Assembly (NCBI GenBank): GCA_021647905.1
Contig: JAKITW010000006.1
Location: forward strand, 30 to 64,029
Direction: 5' to 3'
DNA length: 64,000 nucleotides
Source: Desulfobacterales bacterium
GTDB taxonomy: Bacteria; Desulfobacterota; Desulfobulbia; Desulfobulbales; BM004
The notes beneath the pieces were generated by a model that made no database searches, was not told the DNA's origin, and saw only the letters and a list, made by a program, of their open reading frames with translations. The first letter of the stretch is position 1, and the number at the start of each line of letters is the position of its first letter. The translations under genes were made by a program, and so were the position numbers. Shown here piece after piece: positions 63,610 through 64,000 of the stretch.

Positions 63610-64000
63610 ATGCCGTCTTTAAAGGAAAAAATTGGCTGCTGGCTCCATGAGCGCTGGAGGACGGAGCTTGTCCTGTCTCCGATGTTGTCACAATTAACAG
63701 GGCACCACTGGGTGGACCTGTGCAACCGCCATGAACGCTTGGGCCGGCAGGAGAAAGGGGCGCGTTCCTGTCCATGGGAAGACTCTTCGTTCCTAACCGT
63801 GGCCCGTTTTTTTCCAGGGGTCGGGGGACGACTGCTGCGATATTGTCTGACGGAGTGGCCCATTCACTTTCAGGAGAACCCTGCAGGTCACGGCTCTCCT
63901 GTTTCGCCTGAGATGAGTGTTATCCTGCCGGTGGGCGGCCGGGACCGGGTGCCGCTTTTTCTGGCCGTCCTCAGAGCATTTTGGGGGCAACGAGCCGACA
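63610..64000 (+). CDS. partial (3'-truncated by window edge) glycosyltransferase family 2-like protein
   Basis: Open frame from ATG63610 to the window end, so it is not in the ORF track. Translation is MPSLKEKIGCWLHERW...PEMSVILPVGGRDRVPLFLAVLRAFWGQ. The SVILPV-GRDR-L...L segment looks like a GT2 N-terminal motif. Confidence 0.5.
   Translation, partial: MPSLKEKIGCWLHERWRTELVLSPMLSQLTGHHWVDLCNRHERLGRQEKGARSCPWEDSSFLTVARFFPGVGGRLLRYCLTEWPIHFQENPAGHGSPVSPEMSVILPVGGRDRVPLFLAVLRAFWGQRAD

Overview
High-GC (about 58-60% by eye) bacterial chromosome segment. Protein sequences and gene order look deltaproteobacterial or Desulfobulbales-like, but that is inference only. From position 1 to about 48.7 kb every recognisable gene is on the + strand. 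This block holds core information-processing genes: rpmG, tRNA-Trp, secE-nusG, rplKAJL, rpoBC and rpsL-rpsG-fusA-tuf. It continues with the complete S10/spc/alpha ribosomal-protein operons (rpsJ to rplQ, with secY, map, infA and rpmJ but no adk) and a YkgJ-type Cys-cluster protein. It ends with rpsB-tsf-pyrH-frr-uppS-cdsA-dxr-rseP-tsaB-ispG-proS-rel and an Eda-like aldolase. Between 48.7 and 50.5 kb lie an unusual repeat-rich 0.5-kb spacer, an HMGL-like (DRE-TIM) aldolase and a small PHA-system-family protein. Between about 50.7 and 56.7 kb GC drops sharply in an accessory island. The island carries an AbiEi/AbiEii pair, a roughly 2.1-kb IS with 14-bp terminal inverted repeats, and the start of a glycan-biosynthesis and decoration cluster. 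That cluster has five GT-like genes, a Zn-ribbon SAM-methyltransferase, an SDR epimerase, an LbH acetyltransferase and a sulfotransferase, and it runs off the right edge. The main unexplained signals are: (1) a roughly 95-nt structured repeat family, with a conserved micro-ORF, in spacers of the r-protein and translation-factor operons; (2) a roughly 110-nt imperfect palindrome next to one copy; (3) a hexamer-repeat inverted repeat (26/28 complementary) at 48.87-49.05 kb, flanked by related hairpin repeats and an orphan minus-strand terminator; (4) a (GACAGAG)n GGA-rich array at the ispG 3' end; (5) a Rel protein with a degenerate HD motif; (6) an SDR epimerase with FxxxK in place of YxxxK. 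No rRNA gene and no CRISPR array were seen. All homology calls come from reading the translations; no database search was run.
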